A stretch of DNA of 33,581 nucleotides. Source: a virus (lineage: Duplodnaviria; Caudoviricetes). How positions within the stretch are numbered: the stretch's first letter is position 1; every line of letters starts with the position of its first letter. Location of the stretch: positions 1 through 33,581 of the IMG/VR virus record IMGVR_UViG_3300017766_001285; one strand, written 5' to 3'. The translations under genes were made by a program, and so were the position numbers. Positions 25,087 through 33,581 of the stretch are shown here, piece by piece. The notes beneath the pieces are model-generated. The model did not search any database, was not told the DNA's origin, and saw only the letters and a program-made list of their open reading frames with translations.

Positions 25087-27221
25087 TGGATAATTTAGTG
25101 ATATTAACATTTGCGGAAGCAAAGCAACCCGAATATCGGGAAAAGAAAGGGGTGGGATATATTGAGTTCGGAGATAAGAACGATTATCCCAATTACCTTT
25201 TAAGCCTTTACAATAAGAGTGCGAAACATAACGCTATTGTAAAAGGTAAGGTAAATTATATTACCGGTAACGGATGGGCAACAAAAGAGGAAGATGTTAA
25301 AGCCGAAGAGTTCATTAAGAATGCCAATCCTTACGAATCTCTAAATGATGTTACACGCAAAGTTTCAATTGATATTGAGGTTTTCGGTGGTGCTTACCTA
25401 GAGATTGTTTGGAGTAAAATAGGCGGTCAAATCGCTTCTATTTGTCATATAGATTACACCAAAGTACGTTCTAACAAGGATAACACCCAATATTGGATTA
25501 AAGATTGGAACGATAGAAAAGCCGAAGCGGAAGTTGTATTAGGGTACAATAAAGATTTAAGAGAAGGCAAACAAATTCTTTATATTAAGGAATACAGACC
25601 GGGGTTAGATACTTATTCTTTACCTGGATACATAGGTGCGTTAAATTACATTGAAAGTGATGTAGAGGTTTCTAAGCACGTTTTGGGTAATGCACAAACT
25701 GGGTTTTCTGCAAGTAAGCTAATTACTTTGCCTAATGGAGAGCCGACACCCGATGAAAAGAGAAACATTGAAAGAAGATTTACAGAGAGATTTTCGGGTA
25801 GTGATGGAAAGAAGTTTATACTTTCTTTCGTACAAGATATTGCAAAGAAGCCTGCGGTGGATGACTTAGGTGCGAGTGATTTAACAAAAGAAGATTTCGG
25901 AAGAGTAGATACAATGATTCAGCAAAACATCTTTGCGGGGCATCAGATAACTACTCCATCTTTGTTTGGTATTTTGGTTGAAGGTTCTTTGGGTAGTCGT
26001 TCAGAGATTAGAGATGGCTACGAAGTTTTCAAGAATACTTATGTAAACGATAAGCAGCAGTATTTAGAGGCTATCTTTAATTCATTAGCTGAAATCAATG
26101 GCATAACTACTGAACTTTATATTAAACCGGTAGAGCCTATTAACTTTGAGTTTAGCGAATCAGTTATATCTGAAAATATGACAAAGGATGAAATACGTGA
26201 GAAAATCGGATTAGCACCTTTAGATACAGAAACTGAATCTTCAAATGCTCAAAAAATACTTGATGGTATTAATTCACTTTCTCCATTGATTGCTACAAAG
26301 GTATTAGATTCAATGAGTACAAATGAAATTAGGGCTTTAGTAGGATTATCACAAGCAGAACCAACCGCAGTAACTCCAGAGGGTACTCCGCTTACCGATG
26401 TCCCCGCAACTCAAGAATCAATGATTAATGAGAATTTGAAAGGTATGAAGGGTAGGGAATGGCAGAACTTTCAACGTATTATTAGAGAATATAACAAGGG
26501 GAAAATATCAAGAGACCAAGCTATTCAAATGTTAAAGCAAGGTTATGGTTTAGATGATGCAGCTATTAACACTTGGCTTGGTGATGTAACTTATGAGGAA
26601 AGATTTGATAACATAGAAAGTGCTTTAAATTTATTCGCTCAGTTTGGGGAAGATTCTGATAATTACAAGGTAGTTGCAAGAAAAAAGGCTTTCAGTATAG
26701 ATTTAGAGGCTCAAGAATTAGCTTTCAAAAATGAAGTGATAGATGACACTATTGACAAGAAAATCCTTGACACAATCGCTAAAAACAAGAATATCTTACC
26801 GAAGGATATTGCCAAGGCTTTAGAGATTAAAGAAGGTGATGTAATGGATAGAATCCAAAAGTTAGTGGCTCTTGAGATTTTGGAGTATAATGTGGATACA
26901 CAAATCCCTAAACTTTTAAAGCCTTTAAACGAGATTTTGGACAAGCCATTAAAGACAAGTTTTTTGGTTCGTTATGAATATACGTGGGATTATTTAAGAA
27001 CAACCCAAGCGGATAGGAATAAAAGCACATCAAGACCTTTTTGCCAAAAGTTGATGTCAATGAATAAGCTATATACAAGAGGCGAGATTCAATCAATTAG
27101 TGCAAGATTAGGATATGATGTATTTGCTCTCGCTGGAGGTTGGTGGACAATCCCCGACACGAATATTCATTCCCCTAAATGCAGACATACTTGGAACGCA
27201 GTTGTAGTTGTTAAAAAATAA
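25083..27221 (+). CDS. Portal protein with long C-terminal extension
   Basis: IDIEVFGGAYLEIV, GFSASKLI, IFAGHQITTPSLFGI, MTKDEIREKIGLAPL; about 330 extra aa ending SRPFC...CRHTW. Confidence 0.8.
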   Translation: MMDNLVILTFAEAKQPEYREKKGVGYIEFGDKNDYPNYLLSLYNKSAKHNAIVKGKVNYITGNGWATKEEDVKAEEFIKNANPYESLNDVTRKVSIDIEVFGGAYLEIVWSKIGGQIASICHIDYTKVRSNKDNTQYWIKDWNDRKAEAEVVLGYNKDLREGKQILYIKEYRPGLDTYSLPGYIGALNYIESDVEVSKHVLGNAQTGFSASKLITLPNGEPTPDEKRNIERRFTERFSGSDGKKFILSFVQDIAKKPAVDDLGASDLTKEDFGRVDTMIQQNIFAGHQITTPSLFGILVEGSLGSRSEIRDGYEVFKNTYVNDKQQYLEAIFNSLAEINGITTELYIKPVEPINFEFSESVISENMTKDEIREKIGLAPLDTETESSNAQKILDGINSLSPLIATKVLDSMSTNEIRALVGLSQAEPTAVTPEGTPLTDVPATQESMINENLKGMKGREWQNFQRIIREYNKGKISRDQAIQMLKQGYGLDDAAINTWLGDVTYEERFDNIESALNLFAQFGEDSDNYKVVARKKAFSIDLEAQELAFKNEVIDDTIDKKILDTIAKNKNILPKDIAKALEIKEGDVMDRIQKLVALEILEYNVDTQIPKLLKPLNEILDKPLKTSFLVRYEYTWDYLRTTQADRNKSTSRPFCQKLMSMNKLYTRGEIQSISARLGYDVFALAGGWWTIPDTNIHSPKCRHTWNAVVVVKK

Positions 27222-27224
27222 GAA

Positions 27225-27815
27225 ATGAGCAGGAACATACTTTTTATTTCAGTAGATACTATTAAAGACAGAACAGGACTTCACAATAATGTGGATGAGA
27301 AATTAGTTAATCCCGAAATCTTAACCGCTCAAGATATGTATATCCTTCCGGCTCTCGGAACGGCTTTATACGAAAGGTTGCAAGATGGGGTTGCTAATAA
27401 CAATCTAACACAAATTGAAACAAGTCTTTTAGATACTTACATAACACCTACGTTGGTTTATTATGTAATGAGCGAACTACCGATGGGATTGAGTTATCAG
27501 TTCTATAATAAAGGGATGGTTCGTAAGAGTGGAGAAGGGCAAGAGAATCCATCTGCTGCGGAGATTATTGATGTAGCCGATAGGTATAGGGCAAGAGCCG
27601 AGTTTTACAAACAAAGAATGGTTAAGTATTTAATTGATAGAAGTGGCTTTAATACTTTCCCAGAATACAATAATCCAGGTTCTACCTACGATACAATGGT
27701 TCCCGAAAGACAAGCCTATACTACATCTATTTGGTTAGATGATTCTGATTGTTGTAGAGGCAAAAGTTTTGAAGAAAAATATCAAGGTAACATAAATCGT
27801 TGTTGTGGCGAATAA
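27225..27815 (+). CDS. Putative head-tail connector/adaptor
   Basis: Helical, AQDMYILPALGTALY; directly after portal. Confidence 0.55.
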   Translation: MSRNILFISVDTIKDRTGLHNNVDEKLVNPEILTAQDMYILPALGTALYERLQDGVANNNLTQIETSLLDTYITPTLVYYVMSELPMGLSYQFYNKGMVRKSGEGQENPSAAEIIDVADRYRARAEFYKQRMVKYLIDRSGFNTFPEYNNPGSTYDTMVPERQAYTTSIWLDDSDCCRGKSFEEKYQGNINRCCGE

Positions 27816-27871
27816 AACCTATTCTTTAAAAAATCAAAAAAAGCTACGGCTTTACTTACAAAAACAAGAAA

Positions 27872-28324
27872 ATGGCACTGACATTAAACCAAGTGGTAAC
27901 GCAGATAACAAATCTAGGGAACGCACACAAGCAGATAAAAAGCGTTTACTTCGGTGACTTGTCGGATTACCTATCAAGGGGAACGGAGAATATTTATCCT
28001 TCATTGTTCTTTGATTTAACCGGTGGTTCAGTAGGCGAGAGAGATGTTACGTTGAATTTCTCTTTATATTTCTTTGATAGAATGCTAGCAGAGGACACTA
28101 ACGAAACGGAAGTTTTGAGTGACCAATTAGAAATCTGTCAAGATATTATCGCACAATTAAGGTACAATAACTTTGATTTTGATGAAGGATTAAGTGCTTC
28201 TTTGACTTTCTTTACCGAGGATACTCCGGATTTACTTGCGGGTGTTAGAGCGGATATTTCTATTGAATTGCCTTATACGGCTAATAGATGTCAAATTCCC
28301 ACCACTTATGCATATCCGAGTTAA
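27872..28324 (+). CDS. Putative tail terminator/completion protein
   Basis: 150 aa acidic, YPSLFF pattern; position. Confidence 0.5.
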   Translation: MALTLNQVVTQITNLGNAHKQIKSVYFGDLSDYLSRGTENIYPSLFFDLTGGSVGERDVTLNFSLYFFDRMLAEDTNETEVLSDQLEICQDIIAQLRYNNFDFDEGLSASLTFFTEDTPDLLAGVRADISIELPYTANRCQIPTTYAYPS

Positions 28325-28350
28325 TATTTCTATATAGATAAAAGAATACA

Positions 28351-31300
28351 ATGGCAAATCGTAAGATAAACGAACTCGTAACCCGAACCCCAAGTTTAAG
28401 CGACTTAATTTTAGTTGGAGACCCTTCTTCGGGATATTCCTATAAAGCGACTGTAACGGCTTTAGCGACAATCATTGAAACCGATATCGCTGATGGCTTT
28501 GTTACTATATCTACTACGCAAACAATTAGTGGAGCAAAGACCTTTAGTAATAATTTGACATTAACGAGTGTGGCTAATGCAGCTACTACTCAAACAAAGT
28601 TCTTGACTTTAAATGCAAGTAATGTTGTTAATTACAGAACTGGAGCGGAAGTTTTAGCTGATATTGGCGGTCAAGCTGCTTTAACTAATCCTATAACTGG
28701 AACAGGAACAACTAACTATCTACCTAAATTTACTAGTAGTACAACGATAGGGAATAGTCAGCTTATAGACAATGGTACTACTGTGTTTTTAGGAACGAGT
28801 GGTACTTTGCCAAATGTTAAGATGATTATTTCTACTACTTCTCAAAGAGCGTTGGAATTAAATTCAACAAGTGGAAATGCTTTATTTGTTAGTAGTGGTG
28901 GTGCTTTTGTTATGACTGTAACGAATGGTACTTGGTCATCGCAATTCACACAAGCGGGAAGGTTAGAGTTAGGTGGCGATTTATCAATTACAACCATTGC
29001 AAATGCTACTGTTGATACCGATAAGTTTTTAGTTAGCGATAGTGGGGTACTTAAATATCGTACTGGTGCTGAGGTTTTATCCGATATTGGTGGAGCAAGT
29101 TCTGCTTCTATATCAGGTACTACCAACTATATCCCCAAGTTTACAAGTTCAAGTGCAATAGGAAATAGTGTAATTCAAGAAAATAGTGGAAATATTGGCA
29201 TCGGCACAAGTCCTATAACTCCTTCTAATAGTTATAGATACTTGCATATTGAAGGCGGCAATTCAACGAGTGGTGGTGTTTTATATTTATCAACTTCTAG
29301 CAATACAAACTCAAGTCAAATTTATAGTGACATAAGTGGTTTAAATATTAATACAAATACAAGTTTGCCTATTATATTTAACCCAGCAGGTACAGAGCAA
29401 ATGCGTCTTACCTCTACTGGCTTGGGAATAGGCACTTCTTCCCCAGCATATAAGTTAGATGTAAATGGTAATGCACACATAGGAACTGGAGATTCAAGAT
29501 TAATTATTGGGGATGTTGCATCTGCAAACACAGAGAGTGTTATTTGGTTAAGAACAGGAAGTGGAAAATATGCTTATAGTATAGCAGCACAATCATTAGC
29601 AGATGAATCATTAACTATTGCACGTTCAACAACACAAGGGGGAACAACATTTTCAACGGCAAGTTTAACTCTTAATTCATCTGGTAATTTAGGCTTGGGT
29701 ACTTCAAGTCCTGTATCAATTGGAAGTTATAGAACACTAACTATTCAAGGAGGTAGTACATCAAATGGAGGATTAATACAATTACAAAATTCTGATGCTT
29801 CAGTTAGTGCTTATTGGTTCTCTACAAATACTGCTTCTACATTAAAAACAGTAACTAATCACCAATTAATTTTCGGAGCAAATAATACCGATTATCTTTA
29901 TTTATCAACATCTGGTAATTTAGGACTAGGAGTAACCCCTTCTGCGTCAACAATACCCACATTACAATTTGGTGCAAATGCTATAATTACATCGGCAAAC
30001 AGTTCATATTTACTTGCAAATGCAGTATTTAATAGTGGTTTTAAATATGTAACAAGCAGCGTACAAGCTACACAATATCAGCAAACAAATGGTTCTCACG
30101 TTTGGTACAATGCCCCTTCAGGCACAGCAGGTAATGCCATATCCTTTACACAAGCTATGACCTTGGATGCTTCGGGAAGATTAGGCATAGGCACGACTTC
30201 CCCAACATACCCATTAACAGTTGTTTCAAATAGTAGCACACAAGGTTTTAGATTAGCTGGTAGGTCAAGTGATAACATAGCAAATATGTCTTTTACATCA
30301 AATGACCAAGCTACTGAATATGCTTTTTTTAATACTGGTGCAACTTATTTTGCATTGGGAACTAATGGAAGTGAGCGAATGAGAATAACAAGTGGGGGAA
30401 ATGTACTGATAGGAACTACAACAGATGGTGGTCAAAAATTTCAAGTTAATGGAACTGGTTATTTTAATGGCGATGTAACAACAACAAGTAATTTTGTTTT
30501 ACCTGCAAGCGGAATTTTAACTGCACAAAGTAGTTCTGCAACAATTTATATTCACGCAGGTGCAACTTATCCGGGAGGAACAATAGAATCAGTTGGTGGT
30601 ACTGCCGGTTCAAATCCGGGTACATTAATTTTTAGAAGTGGAACTGGAACTGGCTTACAATCGGAGCGAATGAGAATAACAAGTGCAGGCAACGTAGGTA
30701 TAGGTACAACTTCCCCAGCAACAACACTTCACGTTGCACAAGACAATGGTGCTATCACATTAACTAGAGCAGCTGGAACTTACGGAACTAAAATAGTTCA
30801 AGATAATACTAGCGGACAAATACTTTATCAAATAGGATTAGCAACTGCAGGAACTTGGAGAAGTTATATGAGAATAGGAGAAGGAGAATCAAATCCCTCT
30901 TTATCTTTACAACCTGACGGTGGCAACGTAGGTATAGGTACTACTTCCCCCGGCGGTAAATTACACGTTGCTGGAGATGGTGCTGCTGCTAATTTAATAA
31001 GATTACAACACACCGGAACTGGTACTAATGGATTTTTTGATATTTCAGTAACAAGTACAGAAGCACAATTAAATGCGAATTATTCTTCTACTGCAATACC
31101 AATGACGTTTTTAACAGGTGCAAGTGAGAGAATGAGAATAACAAGTGCGGGAAGAGTATTAATTGGAACTACTACTGATGTTGGCTCTCCATTTAATCTA
31201 CAAGTAGATGGGAGAATTCTGCAAACGGGAACAGAATTTATGTTTAGTGGAGATAATGATAAAAATATAACTGTATATAGTAATAGAGCATTAAATTTAA

Positions 31301-31821
31301 GAACAAACGATGCTACACGAATGACAATAACAAGTGGGGGCGATGTATTAATAGCAAAAACATCTGTATCATATTCAACAGTTGGAGTTGCATTTGAAGC
31401 ATTAGGAACAATATCTGCAACTCGTTCAAGTGATTTTTCTGCGGTATTTAATAGAAATACTACCGATGGTGGTGTGGTTCAATTTAGAAAAGATAACGTA
31501 GCGGTAGGTTCTATATCTGTAACTGGTTCAGCAACCGCTTACAATACTTCATCCGATTATAGATTAAAGCAAGACCTTAAAAACTTTAATGGATTAAATT
31601 TAGTTGATTCTATCAAGGTTTATGACTATCAATGGAAAGCCGATAGTACAAGGTCTTATGGAGTTATGGCACACGAATTACAATCAGTTTTACCTTATGC
31701 AGTAACTGGAGTAAAAGATGGAGAAATGATGCAAGGGGTAGATTATTCAAAGATTGTACCTATACTTATCAAATCAATTCAACAATTAAAAGCAGAAATA
31801 GAAACACTTAAAAACAAATAA
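28351..31821 (+). CDS. Tail fibre with C-terminal intramolecular chaperone (Peptidase S74)
   Basis: Many ERMRITSxGNVGIGTTSP-type repeats; SDYRLK...GVMAHELQSVLP...VDYSKIVPILIKSIQQL. Confidence 0.9.
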   Translation: MANRKINELVTRTPSLSDLILVGDPSSGYSYKATVTALATIIETDIADGFVTISTTQTISGAKTFSNNLTLTSVANAATTQTKFLTLNASNVVNYRTGAEVLADIGGQAALTNPITGTGTTNYLPKFTSSTTIGNSQLIDNGTTVFLGTSGTLPNVKMIISTTSQRALELNSTSGNALFVSSGGAFVMTVTNGTWSSQFTQAGRLELGGDLSITTIANATVDTDKFLVSDSGVLKYRTGAEVLSDIGGASSASISGTTNYIPKFTSSSAIGNSVIQENSGNIGIGTSPITPSNSYRYLHIEGGNSTSGGVLYLSTSSNTNSSQIYSDISGLNINTNTSLPIIFNPAGTEQMRLTSTGLGIGTSSPAYKLDVNGNAHIGTGDSRLIIGDVASANTESVIWLRTGSGKYAYSIAAQSLADESLTIARSTTQGGTTFSTASLTLNSSGNLGLGTSSPVSIGSYRTLTIQGGSTSNGGLIQLQNSDASVSAYWFSTNTASTLKTVTNHQLIFGANNTDYLYLSTSGNLGLGVTPSASTIPTLQFGANAIITSANSSYLLANAVFNSGFKYVTSSVQATQYQQTNGSHVWYNAPSGTAGNAISFTQAMTLDASGRLGIGTTSPTYPLTVVSNSSTQGFRLAGRSSDNIANMSFTSNDQATEYAFFNTGATYFALGTNGSERMRITSGGNVLIGTTTDGGQKFQVNGTGYFNGDVTTTSNFVLPASGILTAQSSSATIYIHAGATYPGGTIESVGGTAGSNPGTLIFRSGTGTGLQSERMRITSAGNVGIGTTSPATTLHVAQDNGAITLTRAAGTYGTKIVQDNTSGQILYQIGLATAGTWRSYMRIGEGESNPSLSLQPDGGNVGIGTTSPGGKLHVAGDGAAANLIRLQHTGTGTNGFFDISVTSTEAQLNANYSSTAIPMTFLTGASERMRITSAGRVLIGTTTDVGSPFNLQVDGRILQTGTEFMFSGDNDKNITVYSNRALNLRTNDATRMTITSGGDVLIAKTSVSYSTVGVAFEALGTISATRSSDFSAVFNRNTTDGGVVQFRKDNVAVGSISVTGSATAYNTSSDYRLKQDLKNFNGLNLVDSIKVYDYQWKADSTRSYGVMAHELQSVLPYAVTGVKDGEMMQGVDYSKIVPILIKSIQQLKAEIETLKNK

Positions 31822-31823
31822 AA

Positions 31824-32168
31824 ATGGCAATTAATTACAATTGGGTAATATCCCAGTTAGAATGTAAAATCCAAGAAGGAGATTTACAAGAGGTGGTTTA
31901 CACAATTCACTACCGCAGACAAGCAACCGAAGTAGATGGAGACAAAACCTACTTGGCAGAAACTTATTCAACAGTTAGCGTACCTGCTCCAGACCCTTCA
32001 GATTTTACCCCTTACGAGGACTTAACAAAAGCACAAGTTGAAGGTTGGTTAGATGAACTTCTTCCTGTTTCTGATATTGATGCAAGTTTAGATGCTCAAA
32101 TCGAACTTCAGAAAAACCCAACAACAAACACTCCTGCTCTACCTTGGAGTGAAAATAGTAATCAATAA
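31824..32168 (+). CDS. Tail-fibre-associated small protein
   Basis: YNWVISQLE...FTPYEDLTKAQVEGW; directly after the fibre. Confidence 0.6.
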   Translation: MAINYNWVISQLECKIQEGDLQEVVYTIHYRRQATEVDGDKTYLAETYSTVSVPAPDPSDFTPYEDLTKAQVEGWLDELLPVSDIDASLDAQIELQKNPTTNTPALPWSENSNQ

Positions 32169-32176
32169 TCTATTTA
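32169..32176 (+). promoter_or_regulatory. Putative late promoter TCTATTTA
   Basis: 13 nt before ATG 32190; would drive the lysis cassette. Confidence 0.6.
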
Positions 32177-32189
32177 AAATAAAACCTAT

Positions 32190-32600
32190 ATGAATTTAAA
32201 ACTGCACGAAGTACTATCTCTCTATTACGAACTTAACGGAGTAACCAAACAAGGGCAAGAAGCAGAAGTTATTACTCAAGGAATGCTGAAACAGAAAATG
32301 TCTCTAAAGACAAAGGTTTACCTTCAGCGACTAAACAAAGTAGTCAGCGAAGAGGTTAAACTTTACGAAGAGGCAAAGCAAGAACTTTGGAAAAAATGGG
32401 GAGATGAAAAGGATGGGATGATTGAAATTCCTTCCGATAAGGTTTCCGACTTTAATAAAGAGTTGCAAGATTTGCTAACCGCAGAAAAGGAAATAAATGT
32501 TTCCGAACTATGGGGAGCGGATTTAAAGTTAGAGCATTTGGAGAGCATTGAAACTGATGAATTTTACCCGGCATTATTTACGCTCATAGATTCAAAATGA
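32190..32600 (+). CDS. Hypothetical helical protein
   Basis: 136-aa ORF. Confidence 0.65.
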   Translation: MNLKLHEVLSLYYELNGVTKQGQEAEVITQGMLKQKMSLKTKVYLQRLNKVVSEEVKLYEEAKQELWKKWGDEKDGMIEIPSDKVSDFNKELQDLLTAEKEINVSELWGADLKLEHLESIETDEFYPALFTLIDSK

Positions 32601-32815
32601 CCGATTTAGTTTTATTTCTCGTAGGACAAGCAATAGCCATTTTAATAGGCTTAATAAGTATTTATGTAAAAGTTTCTCTTAAACTCAAAGAGTTGGAGAT
32701 TCGTGTATCGGTAGTAGAAAAACAAGATGACCAGATATCAAGAAAGTTGGATACTATCGGCAATCAACTAAATGCTTTATCCATTCAATTACAAAATAAA
32801 CAAGACAGAGAATGA
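32597..32815 (+). CDS. Single-TM coiled-coil protein (holin/antiholin candidate)
   Basis: N-terminal hydrophobic helix then coiled coil; in the lysis cluster. Confidence 0.5.
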   Translation: MTDLVLFLVGQAIAILIGLISIYVKVSLKLKELEIRVSVVEKQDDQISRKLDTIGNQLNALSIQLQNKQDRE

Positions 32816-33015
32816 AGTTCGGGTTAAAGGAATATTTCAAACCTACTCCAAAGCGAATTAGAATGTTTGGGGATTCTCTTGCTGCTGCCGGTACATTCGG
32901 TGCAAGTATTGTTATTTTGAATGGCGAACCCAAAGTAGGTACTATTATTATGGTTATTGCGGTTCTCGGAAAGTTTATATCAAACTTCTTTTCCGATGAA
33001 ATATCTTCTAGTTAG
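32812..33015 (+). CDS. Putative holin (2 TM)
   Basis: PTPK...GDSL N-terminus and two hydrophobic segments, 67 aa. Confidence 0.6.
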   Translation: MKFGLKEYFKPTPKRIRMFGDSLAAAGTFGASIVILNGEPKVGTIIMVIAVLGKFISNFFSDEISSS

Positions 33016-33475
33016 TATTTTTCTTTTAGCTTGTAATCCTGTCAAGCAGGTTTTACGAGATAAAGAAAAGTTAGATAAAGTCGCTGAATACGTGATTAGT
33101 TCGGGGTATTGTGTGAACGATACTATAATCCAATCCAAAAGTGATACTTTAATAACTTACGATACTATTTACGAAAAGAATGATATTATTCGGAACATTC
33201 TTAGAACCGATACATTAAGGCTTTCCTTTACTAAGACATTAGTAAAAACCATTAAAATTACAGACACTATCCAAAAGGTAGTAATTGACAATGCTCGTAT
33301 TAATCAATTAGAGGCGAAATTAGCCCTTCAAACTGAAAAGACAGAAGAATACAAGGCTAAGGCTAATAGTCGCTTAAAATGGCTCGTATTGCTTCTAATT
33401 GCAATCTGTGTTAGAATACTCTACAAACCTATAAAGAAATTTATTTTATGGCATTTCTCACCGATGCTCAAATAA
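32996..33475 (+). CDS. Lipoprotein with C-terminal TM, unimolecular spanin candidate; likely start 32996
   Basis: MKYLLVSIFLLA-C lipobox; C-terminal WLVLLLIAICVRILY; between holin and endolysin. Confidence 0.7.
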   Translation: MKYLLVSIFLLACNPVKQVLRDKEKLDKVAEYVISSGYCVNDTIIQSKSDTLITYDTIYEKNDIIRNILRTDTLRLSFTKTLVKTIKITDTIQKVVIDNARINQLEAKLALQTEKTEEYKAKANSRLKWLVLLLIAICVRILYKPIKKFILWHFSPMLK

Positions 33476-33581
33476 TCAAAGCCTTTGGTCAAGCGGGGAA
33501 TCCCGACAATTTCACTATAATTCAACTTCCTTATCCAATGCGGATAGCTTGGGATTTAAAAACCCAAGTACATAAAATGCA
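33448..33581 (+). CDS. Endolysin, 5' part (MAFLTDAQIIKAFGQAGNPDNFTIIQLPYPMRIAWD...)
   Basis: ATG at 33448 is in frame with ORF 80..460 through the terminal repeat and adds 30 aa. Confidence 0.88.
   Translation, partial: MAFLTDAQIIKAFGQAGNPDNFTIIQLPYPMRIAWDLKTQVHKM
33459..33581. repeat. Terminal direct repeat, right copy
   Basis: Identical to 1-123. Confidence 0.97.

Noticed and set aside
28351-31821. Diversity-generating retroelement target
   Set aside because: No reverse transcriptase gene and no adenine-specific template/variable repeat pair seen
5262-32548. Antisense or shadow ORFs in the track (e.g. 5262..5477, 6417..6704, 14384..14605, 20329..20694, 21980..22348, 28842..29126, 32363..32548)
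   Set aside because: They lie opposite well-supported genes, lack motifs and have shadow-frame composition

Overview
The window looks like a complete, circularly assembled genome of a tailed dsDNA phage of about 33,458 bp: bases 1-123 are identical to 33459-33581, and the endolysin gene reads across that junction. It is AT-rich, start codons are preceded by A-rich leaders without Shine-Dalgarno motifs, and the proteins resemble those of aquatic Bacteroidota phages, so a Bacteroidota host is inferred. No integrase, repressor, polymerase, primase or helicase is recognisable. A minus-strand early/replication arm (2019-8043) carries an annealing protein, an SSB-like protein, NinG, a PD-(D/E)XK-like protein, a DnaA-C-domain protein and an initiator-like protein. 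It diverges from a control/origin region (8044-8272) into a plus-strand late arm: sigma factor, GT-B/LpxA-like/GT-A cassette, ParB-N plus ABC-ATPase-GNAT, terminase, tail genes, XkdF-type protease, scaffold, capsid, tail tube, portal, connectors, S74 tail fibre, holins, u-spanin-like lipoprotein, M15 endolysin and DEDDy exonuclease. The most notable observations are: (i) an intact tRNA cloverleaf whose anticodon loop is replaced by a 4-nt CUUG loop; (ii) a ParB + ABC-ATPase-GNAT (Mom-like) locus next to terminase, with an A10 run at the domain junction followed immediately by a -1-frame stop; (iii) a repeated TCTATTTA late-promoter motif, three times exactly 5 nt before an ATG; (iv) two dual-coding regions; (v) a portal fused to winged-helix-like and gpF-like domains. 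All family calls come from motif recognition by eye, without database searches.
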